From Octopus vulgaris (Eukaryota), in assembly GCA_951406725.2 (NCBI GenBank), contig OX597826.1, positions 8,370,001 to 8,434,000 of the forward strand: a DNA stretch of 64,000 nucleotides. Direction: 5' to 3'. Under the pieces are notes generated by a model, which did not search any database, had not been told where the DNA came from, and worked only from the letters and a program-made list of their open reading frames with translations. Made by a program: the position numbers and the translations under genes. This document shows, one piece after another, positions 41,681-55,930 of this stretch (position 1 is its first letter; every line of letters begins with the position of its first letter).

Positions 41681-42050
41681 GCCGGAGAGAGGGGTCACAC
41701 AGGAGGGCTAGGAAGAAGGGGGAGATAATAAAATGGTGGTGATACCAAAATGAAGGTGTGCGTGCGTGTGTATAAAGAGCATGTATGTGCGTATGGAAGG
41801 GGGCTGGTGACCTTGACGTTTGCGTGTGTGTATGTGTAGGTGTGTGTATAATAGTGTGGAGCTGGGATGTGGTCAGTGCTAGTGTGTGCGTGGTGGTGTG
41901 ATGTGATGTCATGTGATGTGGTGTTGTGTGGTATGGTGGTCTATGGTGTAGTGGTGTTACGAGGGAGGGGTGACGATGAAGGGAGAGTGGAAGGGAGTAG
42001 GTGGGTAGGAGTGAAGAGATTTGTATGTGTGTATGTGTGTATATATACAT

Positions 42051-42143
<93 letters not shown>

Positions 42144-42265
42144 CTATATATATACATGTATATATATATATATATACACTAATATATACATATATATACT
42201 TACATATACATAAATATATATATATACACACATACATGCGTATGTACATACATACATATATACTG

Positions 42266-42957
42266 TAGGCGTAGGCGTGGTTGTGTGGCGCGAAGCTTGC
42301 GCTTCCCAGCGACAAAGCATTTTCGGCAAGTGTTTTCTACTAAAGCCATGGGTTGACCAAAGACTTGTGAGTGGATTTGGTTGGTGAAACTGAAAGACGC
42401 CCACAGTATATATGTATATGTTTGTGTATGTGTGTGTGTTTATTTCTTTGTGTCTATGTTTGTCCTCCACCAACGCTTGACAACTGCTACTAGTGTATTT
42501 ACAGCCTCAAAATATCACTTGGAGGCGTCATCCAACCAAAGTACAAATATATGGGAAATTACCACCTGTATCATCTCTTGTGAAAGGTAGAAGAGTTCAG
42601 TTTGCTGGACATTTTTGTAGAGCTGAAAACGAGTTAATTTCTACTCTTCTCCTCTGGAAGCCATCTCCTCGCGATACCAGAGGGCGCACACTCTCCTACC
42701 CTGATGTAATCTCCAGGGATACAAGCATCCAGCAACAGGGCCTCCGTAATACTATGATGGACCTTGAAGTCTGGCGTAACATAGTAAATTCCATTGTCTC
42801 GACCACGGTCGAACAATGAAGATGATAAAAGACCGACAGAATAAATACATTTCTTAAAAAAATGTAGCTCCTAAGAATCGATTTGTTCGACTAACACTCT
42901 ACGACGCAGTGCCCCAGATTGGCCACAGTCAAATGACTGAAGCATGTAGCAGATAAA
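42266..42957 (+). mobile_element. SINE family A interrupted by a LINE fragment
   Basis: 5' part runs to gtgtatttac (42500) and resumes at aaagaccgacagaataa (about 42828). Confidence 0.8.
42501..42826 (+). mobile_element. 5'-truncated RTE-group LINE (ORF C-terminus, still open)
   Basis: NITWRRHPTKVQIYGKLPPVSSLVKGRRVQFAGHFCRA..LLLWKP..RGRTLSYPDVISRD..MMDLEVWR, typical of post-RT RTE C-termini; short tga/gat tail. Confidence 0.85.
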
Positions 42958-43022
42958 ACATGCATAAATACATACACACACATACATTCATACACACGCA
43001 TACATACATACAGACATACACT

Positions 43023-43300
43023 ATTGAGAAATCTTCAGTTACTCTATCCACATTGCAAGTTCAGGTTTGTACCTGCAATTATTGGGGCCCTGGATATGTT
43101 ACACACTGCCTAAATACCAATCTTGAGACATTAGGCTTGTCAAAATCAAAAAGGAGAAAGGTAATTCGAAGACCACAGATCGAATCCATCACTGGAACTG
43201 TAAATATCTGTAAAACTTTCCTGAAGTTTACCATTTAAATATATATGATCAAGTCTAGATATGTAACTATATGCATGAGAATACATATATAAAAAATACA
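43023..43300 (+). mobile_element. 3' end of an RLE-type (R4/Dong-like) non-LTR retrotransposon
   Basis: LRNLQLLYPHCKFRFVPAIIGAL/GYVTHCLNTNLETLG..IRRPQIESITGTVNICKTFLKF*; second copy at 50007. Confidence 0.75.
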
Positions 43301-45335
43301 CACCTGCTCAGAGATGTGGTGGAGGATGAAGGAAGGGGGACGAAAAGGAGAAAGTTGTGATGGGGAGGAAGGTGACAAGCGGAGACTGATGTCGCTATAG
43401 CTACAAGTTTGCTTCGTGTGGTTCCCTCGTCTTGTTAATGGCTGGGCTCATAAACACGCATGTATACACATACTCTCAGATGTATATATGTGTGTGTGTT
43501 TACATGTATGCTTATGCGTGTATCTCTATGTGGATAAGCATGTGGGTGAGCATTTTCGGAATTTGATACACATTTTGTATAAATTGAAAGGCTCATTCTT
43601 TTGTGCTTAACTATCATTGTCGTTGGTGATTTTCTATAACCTTCTAGTGTAGCATTTTATTATATTTTCGTATTGAGGTTTTCCATTGGTCAATTCATCA
43701 GTTGTTTTGTATCTGTTAATCGATTTCGTCATTGCATCCGGTTCCTCTAAATCCATCTTGTTAATTCATCTATATTTTTAATGTGATGTTGTTTATTTTA
43801 CCGCCCAGCGTGTTTCACATCGATCGTTCAATTTTATTATCATATCCGGGTTTACGAAATTGGCATTTTGCTTATGTCTGTAGTGAGTGTTAAAGCGGTG
43901 CGATGTATCAGATACAGCTAATTTTCCTTTTTCCTGTTGTCGTTTTAATTGAATTTGGTATCTCTTAATTTTTATTTTGGTTTCTTAATCACTGAGTTTC
44001 CATGGCAATCTTTTTTTTTTTTTTGCGTGCGTACGCTAGGCTCCCATTTTTTGTATCTCCACTGCGCCATTTTATAGTTAACCGGATTGCAATTCGGATC
44101 AGTCTTTTTGCAATTGATTCTGATGACCATTTACGTATGGTTAATGGGCGGCATTCCCCAAGCAGTCGAGCGTCCATCATTGACAAAACCAAGGAAGGTC
44201 GAAATTACGTGAACTGGTGGCATCGACACTAGAGGTGGCAGGAATTTATTTTTCCCACCTGCAAGATTAACATCAGTTCATTTTTCACCAAAAGCCAACA
44301 TGAGAGTTTCTCTCGTGGCAACTACCACAGTATATTTTGTTTCAACAGAACATCTACGTTTAAGTGGGGATAAATGTCACCTCTCGGCGTTAATCCTGCC
44401 TCTTTCCCTAATGTATAATATGAATATTATACATATATTTTGTTACTTAGGTCGAAAATGGGCTTTGGTGGCGACATTTTGACCCTTCTGTACTGTTATC
44501 TATGATAAGACAATACGTTCTGCGAATATGCGGCAGTATATTGTGTATGGACTTGAAAAATTCTCAGATACAGGTTTTATCGTTTTTTCCCTCGGTTCAC
44601 AAGGGAAGGAATGTCCCAGAGAAATTTTATGTGATTGTTAGAAGTATCTATTGTTACTCTGTTTATACTTACAGACTGTTCCTTGAATTGTAAATATATT
44701 TCGATGCATACATTCCATTCTTCGTGTATATACTGTGGGAAGTGAACAATGTGTATTGTTCATGTCAAGCTTCGAATATCACACTTGTTGTTCAGATATA
44801 GTTTAAATCGATTATTCTTTACGGTTGCCTTATGGGCATCCGCTTTACATGCAGGGATTTCATTTATTTCAGCTGCACCTACATTCGGTTGTAAGCTGTT
44901 CGTTTCTAGATAATTAGCTGTTCGTAAATTCGGTGACGTAATTTGTGGTTCCTGTGCACCTATAGCTATCTTTCATATTGTTCTTCTTATGTAGCTTTTA
45001 GTAAACACCCGGTTGATAGAGTTTAGATATTAATTCCAGAATTGGTTATTTACCACATTTGTTGTTATATGTAAACTGATAAACGGGTGGGATTAGAGGT
45101 TATTTATCTGGCAAACATTGAATATTGATTCCTTTGTGTACTCCATGTTTTCTAATGTTTCATTGAAGATCACATATGTATACATGTGTATGTGTACGTG
45201 TTTGTGGGTCCTTGAGTGAGCCAACACATTCATGCGGAATTATATTCATTATTTGTGCGTGTGTCCCAATGTGAAAGGTATCCCAAAATGACATGTTTGC
45301 TGTGTATACTAATGTACGTTTACACAGGTTTTGTG

Positions 45336-45375
<40 letters not shown>

Positions 45376-45654
45376 GTACATGTGCTTGTGTGCGCGAGTG
45401 AAGCAGCGACAATGCCAAGCAGTGTTTGGGCATAAGCGAACATTGGATTAGTTAAAATATGTTTGTGACATATATCAACTTCTAAAGGCACATTCATTGC
45501 AGTTACCGTCGAAAGAAAAAAATCTCCCTTATAGCAGAAGTTTTGTTTGTTTGTTTTTTTTGCACATTTTACAGTAATAGAAGATTTCTAAAAACATGCC
45601 ACAAAAATATTTTAACTAACCTAAAGTATGATATATATATATAAACATACACAC

Positions 45655-45701
<47 letters not shown>

Positions 45702-45767
45702 AATCTAATATATCGTTTTCGTTCCAGCGCACGAACTTGATAGTCACTCGCTATGCAAGTACATCCG

Positions 45768-46346
<579 letters not shown>

Positions 46347-47523
46347 TATATATGGATATGCATATATGCATAAGCATACGCGTATATATATGTAGTGCTC
46401 AATCTTTTGTTTGAGAAATATATCACTAAATGTAGACCTATCTCAATATACTTACCTACCTCATAGATTTTTCTTAATCTCCGCCTCCCTCTGCCTTTAC
46501 CGCCTATTCTCTCCCCGAAACTCACCTTCTGTGTGATATGCTGGTGTATATAAGAGTAGGTGTACGAATATGTATATATTTACGTTTATATGCGTGCACA
46601 TTGATTTGTGAAACGTGCATGAGTGTATGTATGATTTGCATGTATGTATTTATGCTTGTGTGTGTGTGTGTATGCACATATGCTCCTGTTGCCGGTTTGT
46701 GTGTTTCAGTGTATCATGCATGCGCATAATCTTCGGCTATTCTCCCCCTTTCCACAACATTAGAAGCTTAAGACAACTACACGTTCGATAATTTTTATAA
46801 GGCTTCGTTCTTGGTGTCATTGTCTTTGGTTGGATTAGCATAGAATCCTTTTGAATTCTTCTTATCTCTGAACAGGATATAACTGTGCGTTCTGTATACA
46901 TTGTGTGCATATTTGATATCTATGTATATATATATGTGTGTATTTCTCTGTGTATGTGTGTGTGTGTGCATGCGTGCATCTTGGGGCCTGTCTGTGTGTT
47001 TATGTACGTATATGTATGTATATATACTTATATATGTTGCCATTATAAATTTGATATATATGGAGAAAGATGGTGAGGCTTGTCGCTCGAAGTCCCCTGA
47101 ACAACTCATGAGATTAATGGTTTTGTGCGGCTATTTGGCTTATATGATTTAGCTCCTATTTCTAGCAATTGTAGGTGTTATTTGCACCCTTATTTTTGAA
47201 TTCTACCTTTTTGCTTTTTGATTGCTTTAGCCACCTATATTATAATGTATTTGATACATCATAATATATTAACTTATCATTAAAATACCTTGTTGTATAT
47301 GTCTGTGTATGTATGTATGTGTTTTTGTGTGTGTGTGTGTGTATGTGTGTGTGTGTGTACATACAAACATACATTCAATCATTCAGAAACGAACGAACAT
47401 GGATAGATACATTTGTACACACATGTATATATAAGTCCGTGAACTCATTCATGTATAATTGTTTGCGTATACATAAAAATGTCCTTGTATAATACATATA
47501 CATATATATTATTATACATATAC

Positions 47524-47582
<59 letters not shown>

Positions 47583-47654
47583 TCTAGCCTTTGAATTATT
47601 GGTAGAATTACGCCTTGGCTATAATTCTAAGACTAGAAACTCTTCTCTGATGTT

Positions 47655-47950
47655 CTTCATCTCAGTTGTCCAAAAGAATATCAAACCATTTCTCTACATT
47701 TATATATATCAATAAACGCAGCAATACTGGGCTAAGTAAAGTAATTTGATCTCTGAAGGAACATAATAAACAATTTGATTTGGAATGGAATATTCTATCT
47801 AGGTCCTTTCCATATGAAAAAGGTAAATGTTCTTGTCCGCTCTGTATCGATGAATCCTATCTCATCCGGTTCTCTGAGATTTCGCTTGTAAACACGTTTA
47901 AACAACGCGTTTATCGTTGTAAAGACTCACAAAAACATACCTTTGTTCCT
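47655..47950 (+). pseudogene. Penelope-like element GIY-YIG endonuclease C-terminal remnant
   Basis: NTGLSKVI*SLKEHNKQFDLEWNILSRSFPYEKGKCSCPLCIDESYLI..LVN..YRCKDSQKH fits the T.LSK.IW.LK....W.IL...PY....C.LC..E..I..LN....C.H..K pattern of PLE C-termini. Confidence 0.72.
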
Positions 47951-48237
47951 ATTAGTAATTTCTACCAATGTATAAAAATCGACGTTTAACTTTCTTTTTG
48001 CATTTATTTTCCACGAATTCTATATATTTCCACGCCTTTAAGCGTTATTCCCATTCATCTAACGCATTACATTTCTCCCCTCTTGGATTTCTGATATTTT
48101 CTCCCTTTCTGTTTCTCAATATTGCATTTGACGCGAAATCTATTAACGATTTTTTTTTAATAACATACCAGCGTTCCCTTCATCGTATATGCAGTAATCA
48201 CATTCGGTTAAAATAGCTTACTGGGGTCGTTTCTATT

Positions 48238-48325
48238 TTCCCCCGAATGAGAATATCGTATTATTTTACATAATTTTATTCCCTATGGAAAAATACCAAT
48301 GTTTTCTTCGAAACATATGTCGGAA
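48238..48325 (+). ncRNA. Degenerate hammerhead with long stem II, in the 3' region of the PLE remnant
   Basis: ttcc-cccgaATGA-gaa..cata/tatg..ttc-GAAAC-ATAT-GTC^-ggaa. Confidence 0.5.
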
Positions 48326-48414
48326 GTATAAAGATTTGAATAACACCTGCGTTTAACTCCATTTCTTTATTTATCTATATATAAACACACACAAACACAC
48401 CCACATACACAAAC

Positions 48415-48449
<35 letters not shown>

Positions 48450-48611
48450 CATATAGATATATATATATATATCAGATTCAATGATCGAGATGTAGGGAGA
48501 AAGTTAGCTTCAAGCAATCCGTGATCTCTACGCATTACGATCGAATCTTCCATGTGTTAATATATACCTCCTTCCGGCAATGTAAACTTTCATTTAATCA
48601 CAGTACACACA

Positions 48612-48692
48612 GCCTGCGAGTGGCCTGCGGTATGCCCTTCGGTTGTATTTTCCCCACTTCCGAGGTTCCGCTCCATATGAAATATATGTAGC
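48612..48692 (+). ncRNA. Degenerate hammerhead with long stem II
   Basis: gc-CTG(-)CGA-gtgg..gcgg..ccttcgg/ccgagg..ccgc.ccat-at-GAAAt-ATAT-GTA^-gc. Confidence 0.42.
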
Positions 48693-48759
48693 CCGGATCT
48701 TATCTACTCCATTCTTTAAGTCTTGTATACATACATACACACACAAACGCACACATATA

Positions 48760-48955
48760 TTCGCCATGTTAGATCGCTAGCCACTATACCTCTTTCTATT
48801 TTCTATCCCTGCTTATTTCTGTGTTCCTTTCTGTCGAAGAGCGTAGGCTCGAAACGTAAAATACTTTCTCACTTCCCGAGCGTTAAACTAATGCATCTGT
48901 TTGTTGTTTACACACCCGTCTTCGTCTTTTGTGGGTTTTTTTGTAAATTCTTACT
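48760..48955 (+). mobile_element. Family H1 element with hammerhead-like motif at 48827-48862
   Basis: ttt-CTGTCGA-A-GAGC gtag GCTC-GAAAC-GTA^-aaa. Confidence 0.78.
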
Positions 48956-48984
48956 ATATATATATATATATAAATATATTCAAA

Positions 48985-49179
48985 ATGTGACCGCATGTAT
49001 ACCGTTGGCGATTTTTTTCCTCCGTCTTCCCTTCTTTGGATCTTTCCTTTCGTATGTTTCTGACGAAGAGCTCCGCTCGAAACGTTAAACCCTCTTTCTT
49101 TCCCTCTTTCCTGAGCGTCCAATAATACTATACTTGTTCCACGTCCTCGCGTTATTGTGTTTTCGTGTTTGGATTAACT

Positions 49180-49180
<1 letters not shown>
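48985..49180 (+). mobile_element. Family H1-related element with intact hammerhead at 49056-49090
   Basis: gttt-CTGACGA-A-GAGC tcc GCTC-GAAAC-GTT^-aaac. Confidence 0.8.
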
Positions 49181-49214
<34 letters not shown>

Positions 49215-49346
49215 TTTGTATATGTTTGTATATGTATACGTGTACACAACACACACATACCTCCTTACATGTTTATCTCCGTAATTGAACCTATAGGCAA
49301 CCAGCGCCTGCTACAGATATACCTGTAGGTTACACATATATTTATG

Positions 49347-49530
49347 TATTCTTTTATTGTTTCATTCAGTTGAGTACGGCCATGCGGCAGCAATACTACT
49401 CAAACAAAATGACCCCTCACCATTTGTTTTAAATTCTTTAAAACCTGGTACTCATCCTTTCGGTCGTTTTCGCCGAACCACTAAGTTACGAGCGAAATAA
49501 ACACACACACACACACACATAGACTAACAT

Positions 49531-49561
<31 letters not shown>

Positions 49562-49782
49562 TATATGTGTGTGCGTATCTGTGTGTCTGTCTGTCTTTGT
49601 GTGTCTGTGAGTGTGCGTATTTTGAGGGTTCTTTTTTAATTTTGTATCCATTAAATCCCCTCACAAAGCTTTAGTCTGCCTGAAGCTATTGTAGAATGTA
49701 CCTGCCGAAAATGTCACGCAGTGGGGTTGAACCTGGAACCATGTAGTTGGACAGCAAGTTTCTCACAGTTACTCCTACGCCT
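49347..49782 (-). mobile_element. SINE family A, degenerate
   Basis: ggccatgc..gccgaaccactaagttacg..ctcacaaagcttt..cacgcagtgggg ttgaacctggaaccatgt. Confidence 0.8.
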
Positions 49783-49794
49783 ACACACTTTAGA

Positions 49795-49910
49795 TGTGGA
49801 AGCGCATGGCTTAGTGGTTAGCGTGTTGGACTCATGATCGTAAGATTGTAGTTTCGATTCCTAGACCGGGCGATGCGTTGTGTTCTTGAGAAAAACACTG
49901 CACTTCAGTT
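49795..49910 (+). mobile_element. SINE family C head
   Basis: gtggaagcgcatggcttagtggttag..gtttcgattcctagaccgggcg. Confidence 0.8.
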
Positions 49911-49949
49911 TCTTATAGTCAACCAAACAAGCATACACACACACACACA

Positions 49950-50006
<57 letters not shown>

Positions 50007-50015
<9 letters not shown>

Positions 50016-50718
50016 CTAGGTAGCAATCTTGAAATATTAGACTTTTCAAAATCAGAAAGGTGTAAGCTGATTCGAAGACTGCAGATTCAAGCCATCACTG
50101 TAAAAATAAGTAGAACTTTCCAGAAGTTAATCATTTAAGTATGTGTGCGCATGTCTAGACATGCAACTATATGCATGAGAATACATACATAAAACAAGAC
50201 ATAGAAATGTACTAACTCCATATTTTTGTTTCTTCTTTCTCGAGCCATGCCTGGCTCTTACGTTCCGGTTTCCCGGTTTCCTTGGCGTATAGGTTCCCCA
50301 CCTGGACAGGACGCCAGTCCGTCGCAGGTGAGCTGCAAGATGCAGGCGGAAAGAGTGAGAGAAAGTTGTGGCGAAAGAGTCAGCAGAAGTTCGCCATTAC
50401 CTTCTGCCGGAGTAGCGCGGAGCTTAGGTGTTTTGCTCATAAACACACACATCGCCCGGTCTGAGATTCGAACCCGCCATCCCTCGACCGCGAGTACGCT
50501 GCTCTAACCACTCGGCCAAGTGCCTCCACACTAACTCCATACAAATGCACTGACTCCAAATACTGCACATTCACACGTATACATACAAAAGTACCGTCTT
50601 GATGTTGCAGAAATTTCAATGAAGTAATCTTGGATCTAGGTTAGAAAGCGGCTCTAATGACATACATATATACAAACAAACATACCTACATATATAAATA
50701 TATGCATACATACATATA

Positions 50719-50749
<31 letters not shown>

Positions 50750-51065
50750 TTTCATACAAACATATACACATGCATTCATACAAACACATGTATACGTACA
50801 TTCATACAAATATACACACATATATACATTCATAGAAACATATATACAAATTTAAGTATATATGAGTATTTCTAGCATGCAAGTTTATGCATGAGAAGAC
50901 ATACATAAAACAAAACATACAAATCTGCACGTGTGCATGCCTACATACATATATACAAAAATACCCTGTTGGTGTTGTTGAAATTCCAATAAAGGAGCCT
51001 TGGATCTAGGTTAGGAACTGGCTATTTCCCTATTGGCAAGTAACTTGAAATAAACTGAATAATGA
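50007..51065 (+). mobile_element. R4/Dong-like 3' fragments (50007-50660, split by a SINE; 50870-51065)
   Basis: Homology to 43100-43300; shared 3' UTR tctag..atgcatgagaa.acatacataaaac and cttggatctaggttag; both end taatga|catacata. Confidence 0.7.
50223..50529 (-). mobile_element. SINE family C, full length, with 12-bp TSD
   Basis: TSD actaactccata at 50211-50222 and 50530-50541; head gtggaggcacttggccgagtggttagagcagcgtactcgcggtcgagg..gggttcgaatctc. Confidence 0.92.
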
Positions 51066-51567
51066 CATACATACATACATACATGCATGCATGCATACAT
51101 ACATACATACATACATACATACACACATACATACATACATACATACATACATACATACATACATACATACATACATACATACATACATACATGGTTCAAT
51201 GTGAACAAAATTTTAAAAAAGATGAGCGCTCAATACTGAAAGTCGAATTATACACTGTATTGATCTGGAAGCTAGAAATTATCAGTTAACTATACCGTGT
51301 TTCACATTTCTGATCTTTGCTCGATAATGATCGATGGCAGAAAGGAAATGGTATTGACAGAGTACATAGAATATATTTAACTATACAAGCATGTTACTGT
51401 TAGTTGCTGATCTCATCCGTTAACATATATCAACTTAGTCAATACAAGCTTCAGTGCCGCTCAAAAGTCTGCTGACTCTCACTTCTAAATGAAAAACTAT
51501 GAATTTCGATTCAGATCTCCGTCAAACTAAACTTAAAGCAGAATGTTTGTGAAGTATACTTACATGT

Positions 51568-51887
51568 GGGAGCGCAATGGCCCAGTGGTTAGGGCAGCGT
51601 ACTCGCGGTCGGAAGATCGCGGTTTCAAATCCCAGACCGGGCGTTGTGTGTGCTTATTGGGCGAAAATATCTAAAAGCTCCACGAGTCTCCGGCAAGGGG
51701 TAGTGGCGACCCCTGTTGTACTCTTTCGCCATAACTTTCTCTCAATCTCTCTTCCTGCTTCTTGAGTAACACTGCGAAGGACTGGCGTCCCGTCCAGCTG
51801 GGGGGAACACATACGCCACGGAAACCGCGAAACCGGGCCCATGAGCCTGGCTAGGCTTGAAAAGGGCGACGTTTATCGTTTTCTTTT
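51568..51887 (+). mobile_element. SINE family C, full length, with 13-bp TSD
   Basis: TSD tatacttacaYgt at 51555-51567 and 51888-51900. Confidence 0.92.
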
Positions 51888-52199
51888 TATACTTACACGT
51901 ACCTTTCATTCAGTTGTATGCCACTAAATGGATAATGCAATAGACACTTAGCGATTGCTGCATCCTGCAGCTAATTCTTCATACATTTCGAAGGAGTATT
52001 TCTTAAAAATTCCTTTCTTGAAAAATATTTGCAGTTGTTTAAAACCATAAATTATCTCCCTTGCTTGCTTTATACATTAAAAAAATTTAAGTAGGCCATC
52101 TTCCTTTGAAACATCCTTTTAATTATCGATTCAACATATTCTCAATTTTTATTCATACTCTATGAGCCTTCGGTCAGGAAATGACTGATCATGACTCTC

Positions 52200-52750
52200 C
52201 AGTTACCTATGTATTGTCCTGCACGCATACAATCAGCCAAGCTCTTGTTTCCAGTCCATTCTTTGATGTTGTCAGTCTACAAATATCTTTGACGACATCT
52301 CGTTCTCTTGCAGTGAGTATTGTCTTGTGCAATGACGCATTGTGCATTGTAGGGTCCAAATATGATAGCTTTTGTCGCCTTGATTCTCGGCGATAAATGA
52401 CTTCGGGCTTTCAGCATTTCTTTTACTGCAATTTTTCTTACCCTCTCTTTCCTGCTTATTCTACCCAATCTGCGAAATATCCAAATCACGAACGTTTCTA
52501 ATTTTTTTCTTCGTCAACCTGTACGTTTTCCTAGTTTCTGCAACACAGAGGACGATTATTATAATATGATAGCTTAAAAACCCCCATTCTAGTTCAGTAT
52601 TCTAACTTTCGAGGTGAAGATTCTTTTCATTCTTATATAAACATGCATACAATACTATGCATATTTGTATTCATTTTTCTGTGTATATACATATCTTATT
52701 ATAATACATCGCTCTCCTACCATAATCCACACCCAAGAAAATTTCAGATA
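52200..52750 (-). mobile_element. Decayed RTE-clade LINE 3' fragment
   Basis: WIFRRLGRISRKERV...K.(Y)FG.IMR...RQRYL.TDNIKEWTG across frameshifts. Confidence 0.65.
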
Positions 52751-53251
52751 CTGGCAGCTATATATTAATAGAGTAATACATGTGAAAACAACTGAATTAC
52801 AAAAGAAAAGCTACGCCGCAGCACATCAGTAAATGGACATCACTCTACTTTCATATAATTTCCCGACCAGCAATTCATCTCGTTTCGAGGGGATCCGAGT
52901 ACATGGCATTAATAAGCTACAAAAATAGTGACATATCGATCTCCACCATTCCCAGTCATTCGAGGCGATTTGCTTCGTGTGATTTCGGACATTTGATGTT
53001 CTTTAACCTTCGGCTTCGTGTAGGGAGCTCTCTCCGTACGCTATACTTCAGCAAATTAGCGAATAAACAAATACACTGTGTATGTGCAACCGATGATGTT
53101 TACACACATATACACACATAAACAAATATGCATTTTCCTTTATGTGTGTCTATATATTAGTCTATTTATTTCACTTTAACAACCCACCGTGACCTCATCC
53201 TTAAGATGCGTGCGTAAAGCTCTTCCTCCCACCATCCCTATGTCTTTCTTT

Positions 53252-53386
<135 letters not shown>

Positions 53387-53541
53387 GTACAAATATAGAA
53401 GGCTATCATACTGATGTAGGGTAAATATCAATAAAAAAAATTTGTTTCTGGCCTGGAAAAACACCTCATTGCCGAGAAATTAGAAAAATTCATCCAGTAA
53501 AACCTACTTAAATGTGTGTGTTTCTGTGTATATATATATAT

Positions 53542-53623
<82 letters not shown>

Positions 53624-53767
53624 TTATATATACATATATATATATAAATTGTTTTCCAAGAACCAAGCGATATGTGAACAACCATCGTAGACACTTCTGA
53701 TGTTTTATCTGTATGTGGTGAAAATGTTACATGTTTGGAGGTTGTGTGAGTCGTAAACGTGTCAGTG

Positions 53768-53852
<85 letters not shown>

Positions 53853-54059
53853 ATGTATGTATGTATGTATGTATGTATGTATATACCCATGTGTTTGTGT
53901 GGGGCTTGGGCATGTGTGTGTCTGTTAATTTGTGTATTTGTGTAAGTAAGCATGTTTGTATTTTGTATTTAATTTTGAGGAAAAAGGTTATTTGCTTTCC
54001 TAACATTCTCATTTAATCATTTACAATTATCATACGTTAGTGAATGCAATGACACACAC

Positions 54060-54090
<31 letters not shown>

Positions 54091-54125
54091 CATGTGAGTG
54101 TATTATATATATATACATATATATG

Positions 54126-54173
<48 letters not shown>

Positions 54174-54194
54174 CATATACATACACATATATAC

Positions 54195-54228
<34 letters not shown>

Positions 54229-54587
54229 ATTATGTATACATACATATATGATCGGGTATATTTAAGAAAATAGAATCAGGAAAAAATTAACGCAAACATC
54301 CAGGAGGTTTTCGTGTTTGCTTCTCGTTATTATTTCTTTGTTTTCTCATTTCGTTTAAAGTTTGCTGCTCCCCAAGTATTGCAACTGAAAAGGAATGAAA
54401 TTGCGTTGTTATATTTGAAATAAAAGAATAAAAATATAGAACAACAAATACATGGATTACATTAAAGATAAATGACTCACAATCAACCACTTCTGTTTTA
54501 CTTACGAAACTTCCAGCAATGATATATCTATATATTATACATATGTATGTGTACAGGTGTATGTGTGTGTCTGCGTGTGCGAGTGCG

Positions 54588-54619
<32 letters not shown>

Positions 54620-55547
54620 GACATATATGTTTGTGTGTGTGCTATTCATATATATATATGTGTGTGTGCTGTATGAGCGTTTATGTATTTATTTCTAATA
54701 TATTCCTAGGTTTGTATATATATATGTATAAATACTTATATATCTACGTATGTTTCAGTGAATGTGTTTTTTCGGCATGTTTGTGTTGGTTTGTCAGTCG
54801 AAAAACATTAACACAAATAACAATATGACAAACAACAACAATAACAAGCGAAGATAACTAAGATAAGAATCAGTAAGGAATTTTTGGAAGGCTACTGAAG
54901 TAGAAGGAATACTGCACTGATGTGCTAGATATGTAACAAGATGGTAATATGGCGGTTTTCTACAAGGATTAAAGATTTCTATAGGAGATTGCTAATAGAA
55001 AATTCTTACAGAGGACCCTATGCCTTAGCAACCGTGTTTTCCCTTACACCATTGCTTATTGTTGTACATTATTGTTATGCTTCATTGTTGCTTTTCTGAT
55101 TCTTGTTGTTCGTTATTGTTGTTGTTGACCGGTTATCTGCTATTTCGTCGTTGTGTCTTCTATTTTACCATCTTTTCTAGGGCATGCATGCGAGCACTTA
55201 ACAGAATTATAAGATGTGTGTGAGTGTGTTCTGTGTATGTGTATGTGTTGATGTGTATTTGTTCGTGTGTGCGTGTGTTCCAAATTCATATATATATATA
55301 TACGTATGCATATGGGAATATATATATATACATATATATGTACATATGTACATGTATACATATATACATATACATATGTATGTACATATATCTCTATATG
55401 TGATAAGTATATTTATCGTGTTACTACATATTCATTTGTATGTATGTATATACGTATGCATGCATGCATATAAAGAAATATATACGTGCTTGACTTTCTG
55501 TGTGAGCGCGAGCGTGTGCGTACATGAGGGAGCGAGCGCATACGTGT

Positions 55548-55627
<80 letters not shown>

Positions 55628-55888
55628 TTGTGTGTGAACGCATTCGCTATATCAAGTGTTAAAATCACTGATCGGGTGATGACTTCAAGACAATTAAATT
55701 TTGAAAAAAAAAACTTTTTCTTCTAACGTAGACTTTTATCTTCCATCCCTTTTTCTATTTTATTCAATTCTGTTCGATGCGAGATAGACACACATATATA
55801 AACACACACACAAACAAACATTCACATATATATGCACATGAAAACACGCCGTCATACACACACATACACACATTCATACGTATATACG

Positions 55889-55930
<42 letters not shown>

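Noticed and set aside
50955-51030. caataaagg..ttaggaac / caatgaag..ttagaaag in the R4-like 3' UTR as a hammerhead
   Set aside because: Core and stem I do not fit in either copy
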